DNA from: Kiritimatiellota bacterium
GTDB lineage: Bacteria; Verrucomicrobiota; Kiritimatiellia; RFP12; UBA1067
DNA length: 51,558 nt
Assembly: GCA_009777165.1 (NCBI GenBank)
Contig: WRML01000001.1
Location: 1-51,558, forward strand
Reading direction: 5' to 3'
This document shows positions 9,713 to 18,680 of the stretch, piece by piece. The notes under the pieces are model-generated. The model had not been told where the DNA came from. It worked only from the letters and a program-made list of their open reading frames with translations, and searched no databases. How positions within the stretch are numbered: position 1 is the first letter of the stretch; every line of letters begins with the position of its first letter. The position numbers were made by a program, and so were the translations under genes.

Positions 9713-11081
9713 ACTTTTTCACACACACGAAAAACAAAAATAGGTTTTCTGTTTTCCGATTTTGCAAAAAAACAACGAATTTCGTGTTTTTCGTAGGAAC
9801 AAAACAGATGTCATTTTTGAACGCTTCCAACGTTCTAGCCAGCGAATTTTTTGTACCGTCATACTCAAACGCTTTTTCGATGACCTTTTCAAAATTCCAC
9901 TTGTCAGAAACAGCAAACAAAGGCGTAACGCCTTTTGGCAGGTCTTTGGGACATTTAGCAAATGCCCAATTTTCAGGGCTATGCCATGTGGGATTCACAG
10001 TATTTCCAAAACCACTCGCACGTGGCGGACGCAAACGTGAAATCTCATAATCCCACTGCTCCACAACCTTCGCGCAATTAGTACCCTTTGGCATCCCTTT
10101 GTACGCCCCCCCTCTGAACCCCTCGCTGGGGGCTTTCGTCTTACTACCTGTCATCTCTAGTTTCTCCAGTGCGTCAAGGACGTTAACGATTTCCACATTT
10201 CGGGGCGTAGCTAACGGCGAGGCCTGAACACGTTGCCGAAGCTTCGCGAGGGCGGAATGGATTTTCGCCTCTGTTGTGTCTTGCTGGAACACCTTGAAAA
10301 ACTCCAGCCAGTATTCGGCATTTATCCCGCAAATCGGTGTGTTCTTCAGGCGTGCCATGTAGCCGTCCATGATGCCTGTACGGGCAATCCGCCCGAAATT
10401 CCCACCTTTGTCAGAAACAGGCTTATCCGTACTGGCATCAGATTTCGACGGATACGGCGAAATGCCAGACGGGATGTTTATGCCCGTGTTGTCTTGCGTC
10501 TTTCGCAAATGTTGCCAGTGATCATTCCTGAATTCGGCCGCATACCTGGCGGATTCGACAAACGGCGAGTAAACCTTGGGACGCCCCGAAATGACATTGC
10601 CGAGAACCCATGGGACAACCACAATCATATCCGCCTCCGCACAAGCGTCCAGCGTTTGCGTGAAACGAAGGCTCGGCTCACCTTCTTTCGCAAGAAGATA
10701 CCATCCTTTGAGCTCAATGCCGAACAGCGGTTTGGACGTGCGTCCTGTCATGTCCTTGAACACGACATCAGGGAATGTCTGCGGCTGGCGGATGAATCCG
10801 AACGATTGGTAATTGCCCGCCGGGTCCCATGTGGCGCGGATTTGATTGAGGGTTTCAACGACCTGATTTTCAATCGTCGCCCCGAGCGCGGAGTTGAGCG
10901 TGAAGATGTCTGTCGCATGGATACCCTCAATGAACGTATCGCTTCGGAAATGAAGTGGCAGCGCGGCAAGCGTGTCGCGGACATTTTGCCAGAGGGAGAA
11001 GTGCTCCCAATTGGCAGAGGGGGGGGTACGTGTCGGATTAACAGGTGGCTGCATATTGGATTTTTCGTTTTTCGTGTTCAT
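9711..11081 (-). CDS. type II restriction endonuclease candidate (PD-(D/E)XK-like)
   Basis: 456-aa ORF overlapping the 3' end of the methyltransferase gene. PDVVF...GIELKGW resembles a PD-(D/E)XK core. Lower GC than flanks. Call rests mainly on linkage. Confidence 0.5.
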   Translation of the reverse strand: MNTKNEKSNMQPPVNPTRTPPSANWEHFSLWQNVRDTLAALPLHFRSDTFIEGIHATDIFTLNSALGATIENQVVETLNQIRATWDPAGNYQSFGFIRQPQTFPDVVFKDMTGRTSKPLFGIELKGWYLLAKEGEPSLRFTQTLDACAEADMIVVVPWVLGNVISGRPKVYSPFVESARYAAEFRNDHWQHLRKTQDNTGINIPSGISPYPSKSDASTDKPVSDKGGNFGRIARTGIMDGYMARLKNTPICGINAEYWLEFFKVFQQDTTEAKIHSALAKLRQRVQASPLATPRNVEIVNVLDALEKLEMTGSKTKAPSEGFRGGAYKGMPKGTNCAKVVEQWDYEISRLRPPRASGFGNTVNPTWHSPENWAFAKCPKDLPKGVTPLFAVSDKWNFEKVIEKAFEYDGTKNSLARTLEAFKNDICFVPTKNTKFVVFLQNRKTENLFLFFVCVKK

Positions 11082-12117
11082 GGGCTCGTCTCAAAAGCAG
11101 GTCTTTGTTTTCCTCGTCCAACAACCGGGCTACCGCATGAGCGTGATACTCCGTATTGACTTCAGCGGCGAATGCGATACGGTTGATCCGGACGGCCGCG
11201 AGCGTTGCGGAACAAAGCCCGCCGAAGGGCTCCCATACGATGTCGTCGGGGTCTGACGAGGCGGCGACGATGCGCTCCAACAGGCGGAGTGGCTTTTGGT
11301 TCATGTGAACGCACCCGCCTTTTTTCTTGACCCGTTCAATGCCGCGCACCGCAGGTTCGCGCCAGACATTGGACACGCCGATCTCGCACCTGAATTTCGC
11401 CCGCATCAGTGCCCATTCGCCACCCGTCATCGGGCGGATGCCGTCCGCCGAAAAGTAAGGCCGCCCCTCCGCCTTGCCGTACCTGTTCGCATAACCGCAC
11501 AACGCGGTGAACGCCTCCGGCGGTGGGAAATACCAAAGGTGATCGGCGGTGAAATATTTGCGTGTCGCGGCATTCTTCATCCCGCAGGCCTCGTTGGTCA
11601 GGGAGAACGGCAGACCGCTTCTGCGCCATTCCTGCCGAAGCCACTTGCGGAGCGGCATTTCCTTGCCCTCGGATTGAAGGGTGTTCTTGCGTGTGTACTG
11701 GACACAGACCTCCGAGACAACAGGATAACGCCGGATGGTCTTGGTGTTGCAGTTTCCGGCGATATGCGCGATTCCCTTGTCCCAGATATGGCAGTTCTTA
11801 AACTCCCAACCGCAGGCCTCCAGCATACGGTGACAGTTGGCCCAGCCCTGCTCGCTGTTCCAAAACCACAGCGTTGCCGACGGCAACGCGTGCGCGTACC
11901 AAAGTTTGGCGTGGGGCTCGTACCACTCGGCGAGGCTTTCTGGCGAAGCAGGGTCACCGGGGAAACCTGAAAGCCCATACGGTCCGTCCGCAACAATAAC
12001 CGTCGGCGACGGCCACTCCGCGCAACGCAACAACGCATCTCCAAGGCACACGGTCGCATACCCGTCGAAGAACGTCATGTCCGGCATATCGCGTTGGCAT
12101 TGGGCATTCACCATCAT
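11038..12117 (-). CDS. DNA methyltransferase (N4-C/N6-A, beta-class permutation)
   Basis: Motif IV-like VIVADGPYGL lies N-terminal and motif I-like VWEPFGGLCS lies C-terminal. ATG 12117 lies 4 nt after the mutase stop; the ORF track start 12141 would overlap it. Confidence 0.7.
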   Translation of the reverse strand: MMVNAQCQRDMPDMTFFDGYATVCLGDALLRCAEWPSPTVIVADGPYGLSGFPGDPASPESLAEWYEPHAKLWYAHALPSATLWFWNSEQGWANCHRMLEACGWEFKNCHIWDKGIAHIAGNCNTKTIRRYPVVSEVCVQYTRKNTLQSEGKEMPLRKWLRQEWRRSGLPFSLTNEACGMKNAATRKYFTADHLWYFPPPEAFTALCGYANRYGKAEGRPYFSADGIRPMTGGEWALMRAKFRCEIGVSNVWREPAVRGIERVKKKGGCVHMNQKPLRLLERIVAASSDPDDIVWEPFGGLCSATLAAVRINRIAFAAEVNTEYHAHAVARLLDEENKDLLLRRAHEHEKRKIQYAATC

Positions 12118-12121
12118 GTTG

Positions 12122-13477
12122 TTATCCCCGAATGATCGCAAGCACCTCGTCCCTCTTCTCCGTCATTAATGCCTTGCTCTTCGCCTCCAGGTTCAGGCGT
12201 ACGATCGGTTCCGTGTTGGAGCAACGGACGTTAAACCACCAGTTCTGAAATTCCACGCTCACGCCATCGAGAGTCGATACCTTTCCGCCCTTTTCTTTCG
12301 TGAGCACTTTGTCGAGAACGTTCTTGATGACATCTTGCGGGTCACCGTTGACGTGCGAATTGATTTCACCTGAGGGACAATATTTCCGTAGCGGCCTGAT
12401 GAGTTCGGAAAGCGGCTTGCCCTTTTTCTCAACGATGCTCGCAACGGTGAGGATGGCCATCGCCTGACTTTCGGCAACGTAATTGTCCCTGAAATAATAG
12501 TGCGCGCTCACCTCACCTGCGAAAACCGCATCTTCTTTGCGCATCGTCTGTTTGATCCCCGAATGCCCCACAGGACATGCGATCGCAGTTCCGCCAGCCT
12601 TTTCAATGGCTTCCTTCACCGCCCAACTGCTGCGGACATCATAGAGAATCTTTGCGCCCTTGTGTTTCTCCAACAGATCCTGCGCAATCAGTGCGGTAAT
12701 CAAATCACCGGGGATAATCCGGCCCTTCTCATCCAGAAAACCCGCACGATCCGCATCGCCGTCGAACGCCACGCCAAACGCATAGTGCCCTTTGCTGTCG
12801 CGGATTTTTGTCTGCACGTCCTTCAGCGTTGTATAGGTGAGCGGGTCTGCCGCATGATTCGGGAACCATCCGTCCGGCGTTCCATACAGCGCATCCCACG
12901 TCATCAGCCCCTTCAGCGCCTGGGCTTCCCAGATGCCCATGCCGTTCGCAAAATCAATCGCAATATGGAGCGGACGTTTCGGGCACGTGAACTTCGCGAC
13001 ATGTTTCGCATACGCCGCAAGGACATTCTTTCGGGTGAGTGTTCCAAGCTGGGTGGTGGGTGCAAACGCCTCTTGCTCGACAATCCGCTCGATGTCCTTG
13101 AGTCCTGTTTTCCCGCTAATCGGCTCTGCGCTTCGCCGGCAGAGTTTAAACCCGTTCCATTCGGCGGTGTTGTGCGACGCCGTGATCATGACGCTCGCAT
13201 CCACGTTGAGCGCGCCATTTGCGAAATACGACATGGGCGTAGAGACTTTCCCGATGTCCATCACGTTTGCGCCCTGTTCCCTAATCCCCTTGACGAGTGC
13301 CGCGAACAGCGGTTCCGTGTGCATACGGACATCACGCCCAACGACCACATTTCGGCATTGCCCTCCTTTGCGTCGGAGAAACGTCACGAGAGCCCGCCCG
13401 ATTTTGTACGCCATCGCTTGGGTCAACTCTTTGCCCACGATGCCGCGGATATCGTATGCCTTAAAAATACCAGCCAT
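12122..13477 (-). CDS. phosphoglucomutase/phosphomannomutase (alpha-D-phosphohexomutase)
   Basis: TASHNTAEWNGFK phosphoserine loop and FDGDADR metal site; 451 aa. Confidence 0.85.
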   Translation of the reverse strand: MAGIFKAYDIRGIVGKELTQAMAYKIGRALVTFLRRKGGQCRNVVVGRDVRMHTEPLFAALVKGIREQGANVMDIGKVSTPMSYFANGALNVDASVMITASHNTAEWNGFKLCRRSAEPISGKTGLKDIERIVEQEAFAPTTQLGTLTRKNVLAAYAKHVAKFTCPKRPLHIAIDFANGMGIWEAQALKGLMTWDALYGTPDGWFPNHAADPLTYTTLKDVQTKIRDSKGHYAFGVAFDGDADRAGFLDEKGRIIPGDLITALIAQDLLEKHKGAKILYDVRSSWAVKEAIEKAGGTAIACPVGHSGIKQTMRKEDAVFAGEVSAHYYFRDNYVAESQAMAILTVASIVEKKGKPLSELIRPLRKYCPSGEINSHVNGDPQDVIKNVLDKVLTKEKGGKVSTLDGVSVEFQNWWFNVRCSNTEPIVRLNLEAKSKALMTEKRDEVLAIIRG

Positions 13478-13609
13478 AACTTACCTCCTTCATTGAAAGA
13501 AAAAAAGTATAGTCATTAAAACGGGGAATGTACAGCGAGAACACGAAAACAGCCTAACTCTTTTTTCTCCAGGCAAACGTCAATTTGCAAACGGCAATTT
13601 TGTTTTCTC

Positions 13610-13638
13610 TTGCATTCCGCGTTGGGAACCACTATACT
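13610..13638 (+). promoter_or_regulatory. sigma70-like promoter for tRNA-Ser
   Basis: TTGCAT (13610..13615), 17-nt spacer, TATACT (13633..13638), about 18 nt upstream of the tRNA 5' end. Confidence 0.45.
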
Positions 13639-13655
13639 TCATTTCTTTTTGCGTT

Positions 13656-13745
13656 GGAGAGGTGACCGAGCGGTCGAAGGTGCAGCACTGGAAATGCTGT
13701 GTGCTCTTACGGGCACCGGGGGTTCGAATCCCTCCCTCTCCGCCA
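13656..13745 (+). tRNA. tRNA-Ser (anticodon GGA), CCA encoded
   Basis: Acceptor GGAGAGG/CCTCTCC, anticodon loop CTGGAAA, long variable arm GTGCTCTTACGGGCAC, T loop GGTTCGAATCC, 3' GCCA. Confidence 0.9.
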
Positions 13746-13748
13746 TTT

Positions 13749-13818
13749 TGAATATAGAGCGAAATCACGTTAAAAGCACACCGCGACAATATCCCGTTAG
13801 GGATGGTTCTTTCGAAGT
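13749..13818 (+). repeat. left terminal inverted repeat of the prophage
   Basis: TGAATATAGAGCGAAATCACGTTAAAAGCACACCGCGACAATATCCCGTTAGGGATGGTTCTTTCG aligns with the reverse complement of 45304..45373 (about 80 percent identity by eye, one 2-nt indel). Confidence 0.8.
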
Positions 13819-13871
13819 ATTACGGCTCGTGGTTTAATACAGAATGACTGATGTTTGATACAGACTTGGAA

Positions 13872-13910
13872 GAAAGGGGGGTTGCAAGGGCTTTGCAACC
13901 CCCTTTCTTT
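13872..13910. terminator. bidirectional hairpin terminator after the Dam gene
   Basis: GGGGGTTGCAA (13877..13887) pairs with TTGCAACCCCC (13893..13903), flanked by A-rich and T-rich runs. Confidence 0.55.
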
Positions 13911-14670
13911 ATGGCGTGATGATGATCTCGGCGAACCTCCTTCCCGTGCGGTCTTTGTTGGTCATGGCGGCGTGGGTGGAGACGGCCTTGAACCTGCACC
14001 CCTTGAACGCGGCGCGGTTGGGGGGGCTGTCGTTCAGGGTTACCACCCACGTGCCTTTGAGCCCGGCCAGCACGCCGCGCAGCCGCTCCACGTCGCCGCC
14101 CGTCCAGCCCTTGTAGGCGGCGAGGCCGTCTTCGGTCGTGTAGGGCGGGTCGATGAAGTGCAGGGCCTCGGGGCAGTCGTACAGGCGCACGCAGCGCTCC
14201 CAGTCGAGGCTCTCGACGGTGACGCGGTCGAGCCGCCTGTTGAACGCGGCGAGGCGGCGCAGCACCCCGGACGCGCTGTTCCTGCCGAGCCGTTTGACGC
14301 CGTAGCTGTGGGCGTCGGCGCCGAACGAGTACAGGTTGCGGTAGAGGTAGCCGGCCGCGCGCTGTATCTCGGTCCTGTGCGGGTGCCCCTTCGACTCGGC
14401 GAACAGCTGCCGGCTGTCCACGCTGAGGCGTGTCTCGCGGATGACGGCGGGGAGATGGTATTTGACCTGTTTGTACAGGTTTATCAGTTCCCCGTCCGTG
14501 TCGTTGAGCACCTCGTGGTAGCTCGGCCGTTTGGCGAGCAGCACGGCGGCGCCGCCGCAGCAAGGCTCGACGTAGACCTTGTGCGGGGTGCCGTCGATGA
14601 CGGGCAGGAGGTGCCTGAGCATCCTGCCCTTGCCGCCGGGGCGGCGTATGATGGGCGTCACTCTTCCCAT
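13909..14670 (-). CDS. N6-adenine DNA methyltransferase, D12 (Dam) class
   Basis: ATG at 14670 (MGRVTPIIRRPGGKGRML). VEPCCGGAAVLL motif I-like block and FIDPPYT motif IV. Confidence 0.8.
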   Translation of the reverse strand: MGRVTPIIRRPGGKGRMLRHLLPVIDGTPHKVYVEPCCGGAAVLLAKRPSYHEVLNDTDGELINLYKQVKYHLPAVIRETRLSVDSRQLFAESKGHPHRTEIQRAAGYLYRNLYSFGADAHSYGVKRLGRNSASGVLRRLAAFNRRLDRVTVESLDWERCVRLYDCPEALHFIDPPYTTEDGLAAYKGWTGGDVERLRGVLAGLKGTWVVTLNDSPPNRAAFKGCRFKAVSTHAAMTNKDRTGRRFAEIIITP

Positions 14671-14876
14671 GCCAGCTCCCCCCGGATGCACTTGTCTATG
14701 CGCTCGCACACGAAGCGGGCGCAGTTGACGGGCCATGAGTTGCCGAGCATGAACATCCGCGCGTAGTCGCCGAGCGGTCTGCCGTTGGCGCCGCTGACGG
14801 CCGTGTGGCCGTCGGGGAAGCCCATCAGGCGTTCGTACTCGTGTTCGTTTTTAGAATGGACTACGTGACGACAAGA
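14658..14876 (-). pseudogene. C-terminal remnant of a C5-cytosine DNA methyltransferase
   Basis: The open minus frame reads KNEHEYERLMGFPDGHTAVSG...MFMLGNSWPVNCARFVCERI, matching the ERLMGFP and GNS(V/W) C-terminal motifs of Dcm-type enzymes. No catalytic N-terminal part. Not in the ORF track (55 codons from the first ATG). Confidence 0.5.
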
Positions 14877-14918
14877 CTACGTGACTACGGTTCTGATTTC
14901 ATATTTCTGGCTTTTCGT

Positions 14919-16307
14919 TCAGTCCCCCGCCGCGTCGCAACTCCCGGCCGCGAGGCGCGACTTGAGTTTCTCGATCTCGCGCTTCCCGTCCCTTGCGAGC
15001 GCGGTGACGCCCTGCAGGTACTCCTTGTTCGCCGCCATGTACTGCGCCAGCTCGCGCTCCGCCGCCTGCCGCGCGCTGGCGGAATCCTTGTGCGCCTGCT
15101 CCAGCGGTGCGCGGGCGGCGTCGCGCTGCCTGGTGTTGGTGGTCCTGGCGTTGCGCTTGTCGAAATCCTCAAGGTTCAGCCGCGCCTCCTCTTCCGTCAG
15201 CCGCGACCGGCGGACGCGCTCCTGCTGCTCGGCGATCCGTTTCTCGATCCTCTCCTTCTCGGCGGCGGCCTCTCTCGCCGCCGCGCGGTCGCGCTCCGCC
15301 TTGGCGACGCCCTCGTCGGCGACCCGCACGTTGCGGGCGGAGACGATGCCCGACGCCTGATCGCTGATCTCTATTGACCTCTTGCCCCCCGCCTCAATAG
15401 AAGCCTTCTCCGTCAGTTGCTCAATGTTACGCCTACTGGCCTCGTTCTGCTTGTCAATCTCATCAATCTTGGCGTTGAGTGTCTGCTCCTTCTCCCTGTA
15501 ACCCCTCGATGCCTCCTGTGTCTCCTTCAGCGAGCCCCCGAAGAACAGGCCGAGGCTTCTCTTGTTATACTTTCGGTAAGTCTCTTCCACGCCTTCGGAA
15601 CCTTCGGCCATATAGCCATATACTCGCGCCTCATGTGAGAGGCCGGCGCGCTCGGCATCCCTCCGGTTGACAGCGTCCTGCTCTCTGGCAGCCTCCTCGA
15701 GGAGCCGCCTCTGGCGGTTGTCCGAATCCTCCATCGCCCTGAGGCCATCATTCCCCGCACGCTGCAGGGAATAGCGCTCGCGGATGGTTTTCTCCTTCAG
15801 GCCACGGTCGGGATCGTCGGCGGCGAGTGCCTCGACCTCCCTCTCCTCCGCTAGCTTCAACTGCGCGTCCTCCATCTTCCGGGCGGCATCAAGGCGCAAG
15901 TCTTCGATCTCGTTCAGCCTGTTCAGCTCGTTGGCCGTCTCCGTGATGATCGTCTTCACCTTCTCGTAGCCGGAGGCCATCTTCTCGAAATCGGCGGCTT
16001 CGGCGGCTTTCTTCGCCGCCTTGGCGTACTCGTCCGTGCCGGTGACCAGATCGTGTATCTTCCCTGCCATTTGGGCGATCTGGCTGATGAGCGCGATGAT
16101 TCCCAGCCCGCCCAGCACCGTGCGGAGCGCCCGCATCGCGGTGGTGACGCCGCGGGTGCTGTCGCGGAACCTGTCGAGCCCCGCCTTCCCCTTCGAGCCC
16201 GCGCCCTCGGCCTCCGCCTGGAGCTCCTTGAGCACAGCCTTCGCCTGGTCCGCGCCGAGCGAGTCGAGCACGGTCTTGATCTGTATCTTCACCTCGTCTT
16301 TGTCCAT
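14919..16307 (-). CDS. coiled-coil protein with one hydrophobic segment (tape-measure-like; function open)
   Basis: ATG at 16307 behind AAGGA (the ORF track start 16325 is GTG). VLGGLGIIALISQIAQMAG segment followed by long E/K/A/R-rich coiled coil. Confidence 0.5.
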   Translation of the reverse strand: MDKDEVKIQIKTVLDSLGADQAKAVLKELQAEAEGAGSKGKAGLDRFRDSTRGVTTAMRALRTVLGGLGIIALISQIAQMAGKIHDLVTGTDEYAKAAKKAAEAADFEKMASGYEKVKTIITETANELNRLNEIEDLRLDAARKMEDAQLKLAEEREVEALAADDPDRGLKEKTIRERYSLQRAGNDGLRAMEDSDNRQRRLLEEAAREQDAVNRRDAERAGLSHEARVYGYMAEGSEGVEETYRKYNKRSLGLFFGGSLKETQEASRGYREKEQTLNAKIDEIDKQNEASRRNIEQLTEKASIEAGGKRSIEISDQASGIVSARNVRVADEGVAKAERDRAAAREAAAEKERIEKRIAEQQERVRRSRLTEEEARLNLEDFDKRNARTTNTRQRDAARAPLEQAHKDSASARQAAERELAQYMAANKEYLQGVTALARDGKREIEKLKSRLAAGSCDAAGD

Positions 16308-16321
16308 GGGGGAATCCTTTC

Positions 16322-18547
16322 TCACTCATCCCGGTAGAGGAAGATATGCGCGGCGTCCCAGCCGCCGCCCTCCACGTTGAATGCCTCCGAGGCGCCGGGG
16401 AGCTCGATGTGCATGGGCATGACGATGAACCACAGATGCCCCGACACGGGCAGCGGCGAGACGGGCAGGAAGCGGCTGTTCACGAACCCGCCGTGCTCCA
16501 GATATTCGGAACCGACGAGTTGATAGCCCTGCGGCACCTTGCCGGCCCACACGTCTTTCCACCCGCTGAGCGTGGCGACCGGGTCGCGCGGCGGGTCGCC
16601 GCTGTCGAGCAGCACGATGACGCGGATGTAGCGCACGCGCCCGTCGTGGGCCGCGATCGCGGGAAGCGAGTAGTGGAGGCGGTTGGGGGGCGCGTCGGTA
16701 TGGCGGCGGTCGAACGCGAGGCAGGCGGCGGAGGCGGTGAGCCGCGTGACGCCGCCGGCCGTCTCCGCGCCGTACGCGCCCGAGGCGGCGGGCCACGAGG
16801 CCAGCGCGTTGGCCGCGGACGCGGCGGCGCGCACGAGCCGGTCGCGCGTCGCGTGCGGGTCCCAGAGCGTGAGCGCGGCCTCGGCCGGGGCGGACGCCTC
16901 GTGCGCCGTCCACGCCTGCGGCGCGGCACGCTCCGTCACGATGGCGAGGGCGGACGAGTCTGACACGTTCACGCCGCCGATACAGACCGCGCGGGGCATG
17001 GCGGCCGCGCCGAGACCAGCGCCGATCCCGTAAGGGTCGGAGCCGAACATCCCCACCGTCCCGTCGTTGCGGATGTAGATGCCCGAGAACATCCCGAAGC
17101 GCACGAGGCGCACGTCACGCGCGTCCTCGTGGCTGGTGTCACCCGTGTTGTTGTAGCCCCACCGGCACAGCGTCCCGTCGGTCCGGAGCCCGGCGAACGC
17201 GCGGTTGCCCCCGCTGGCGTCCGCGAGCCCGGACTGGGCGGCCGCGCCGGAGGCTTCCCCGTAACTGTCGTACTGCGCCCACCCGACTGCCGTCCCGTCC
17301 GTCTTGACGACGCACGCCGCGCCGACGGCGCACGCCGCCGCCGCCGCGTCCGGTATGGGCGCGTGCGCGAACCAGCCATCATTCAAGCCGTCACTCTCAA
17401 TGACGGTCGCCACGCCGTCCTCGCCGATGACGATGATGCCGTTCGGGCCCACGGCGAGCCTCTTCGCGCCGCTGACCCCCGCGACCGCGCCGAGGAACGC
17501 GCCGCCGCTGAAACCGTGGACGGTGACCGTCCCGTCCGCGAGCAGCGCCCCGACGGTGGGGCTCAAGACGACGCCGGAGATGGCGACCGCGCCGCTGACG
17601 CCCGCCGCCCATGCGGCGGCGCCGCTTGACACGGCGGCGGGGCCCCACGCGCGGAGCGTCCCGTCCGCGAGCAGCGCGACGGCGAAGCCGTCCACGAAGA
17701 AGACGTCAACCGCGTCCGGCACGTCCGGCGCGGGGAGCAGCGCGGCCGCGCCGTCGCCCCACACCCGCACGGCCGCGCGCTCCTGATAGACCGTCTGCAC
17801 GCGCGACGGCTCCTCGAAGTCCTCCGGCCCGGCGGGGAACTCGAACGTTCCGCCAGGCGCATCGTGCGTGATCCCGTTCGCGTCGAACGTCGCGGACATC
17901 GCGCCCGCGTTGAGGAACCCCGCGCCCTCGACCCAATACTCCCACTTGATCTCCGGCCAGTCCTCGATCTGCACGACCACCCACAGGTACTGCTGGCACG
18001 GCTGGCCGAGGCTGATCTCCGCGACCGCGTCCTTGTTGCGCGCGGCGGACGTGCCCGCCGCCGGGTCCGCGAGGAAGCCCTCCAGCCGCGCCGCGCCCGG
18101 CGCGTCCCCGCGCAGCACGTCCCAGCCGAACGCGTCCGGGTACGCCTCCGCGCTCATGAACGCCGCCACGCGCAGGCCGTGCGACAGGAACTTGCTGGCG
18201 TACGCCATGATGCCGACGGACTCCAGATTTGCGCCGGCGGCGATCGCGGACGCGGGTATGGTGAAGCGGTACGCCGCCATCCCGGCGAACGACGCCTGGC
18301 CGCCCGAGGCGGGCGGGCAGTCGCCGCTGAACTTGTACGCGTCGTACGCGTCGCTGCTCTCGGTCTGCGCCGGGTTGCTCGGCGGCATGGTGACGGACAG
18401 CCCGGGGCGGGCCTTGACCCACGGCGCGGCGCGCAGCCGCGCGAGCGACTGGTCCAGCGCCGCCTGCGTCGAGACGAGCGCGTAGCGCTCCGACCTCGCC
18501 TGGCGGATGAACCGCGCGTACGGAAGATTGCTGAGTGTGCTTGACAT
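16322..18547 (-). CDS. tail fibre / receptor-binding protein candidate with RCC1-like beta-propeller repeats
   Basis: True start is ATG 18547 behind AGGAG; the first 96 codons of ORF 16322..18835 read through junction repeats. Repeated DGT(V/L)xxWG-type blades. Confidence 0.55.
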   Translation of the reverse strand: MSSTLSNLPYARFIRQARSERYALVSTQAALDQSLARLRAAPWVKARPGLSVTMPPSNPAQTESSDAYDAYKFSGDCPPASGGQASFAGMAAYRFTIPASAIAAGANLESVGIMAYASKFLSHGLRVAAFMSAEAYPDAFGWDVLRGDAPGAARLEGFLADPAAGTSAARNKDAVAEISLGQPCQQYLWVVVQIEDWPEIKWEYWVEGAGFLNAGAMSATFDANGITHDAPGGTFEFPAGPEDFEEPSRVQTVYQERAAVRVWGDGAAALLPAPDVPDAVDVFFVDGFAVALLADGTLRAWGPAAVSSGAAAWAAGVSGAVAISGVVLSPTVGALLADGTVTVHGFSGGAFLGAVAGVSGAKRLAVGPNGIIVIGEDGVATVIESDGLNDGWFAHAPIPDAAAAACAVGAACVVKTDGTAVGWAQYDSYGEASGAAAQSGLADASGGNRAFAGLRTDGTLCRWGYNNTGDTSHEDARDVRLVRFGMFSGIYIRNDGTVGMFGSDPYGIGAGLGAAAMPRAVCIGGVNVSDSSALAIVTERAAPQAWTAHEASAPAEAALTLWDPHATRDRLVRAAASAANALASWPAASGAYGAETAGGVTRLTASAACLAFDRRHTDAPPNRLHYSLPAIAAHDGRVRYIRVIVLLDSGDPPRDPVATLSGWKDVWAGKVPQGYQLVGSEYLEHGGFVNSRFLPVSPLPVSGHLWFIVMPMHIELPGASEAFNVEGGGWDAAHIFLYRDE

Positions 18548-18570
18548 GATTTTCTCCTTTTCCTTTTGAG

Positions 18571-18675
18571 TTTCCAGTTTCCAGTTTCCAGTTGTCGATG
18601 GCCGTCGATGGCCGTCGAAATTCCTCACTCCTAATTCCTCACTCCTCACTCCTAACTCCTCACTCCTCACTCCTT
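18571..18675. repeat. junction low-complexity element
   Basis: (TTTCCAG)x3, then (GTCGATGGCC)x2, then CTCACTC/CTAATTC/CTAACTC heptamer run. Confidence 0.8.
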
Positions 18676-18680
18676 CCGGC

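Noticed and set aside
13656-13910. A tRNA-Ser-targeted integrative island (integrase-mediated insertion at the tRNA 3' end).
   Set aside because: There is no integrase and no duplicated tRNA 3' segment at the far end. The element has TG...CA inverted-repeat ends and MuA/MuB-type transposition genes, so proximity to the tRNA appears incidental.
13820-14766. ORFs 13820..14563(-) and 13855..14766(+) overlapping the Dam gene.
   Set aside because: They are Arg/Pro-rich shadow frames. The Dam frame carries the DPPY and motif I signatures.
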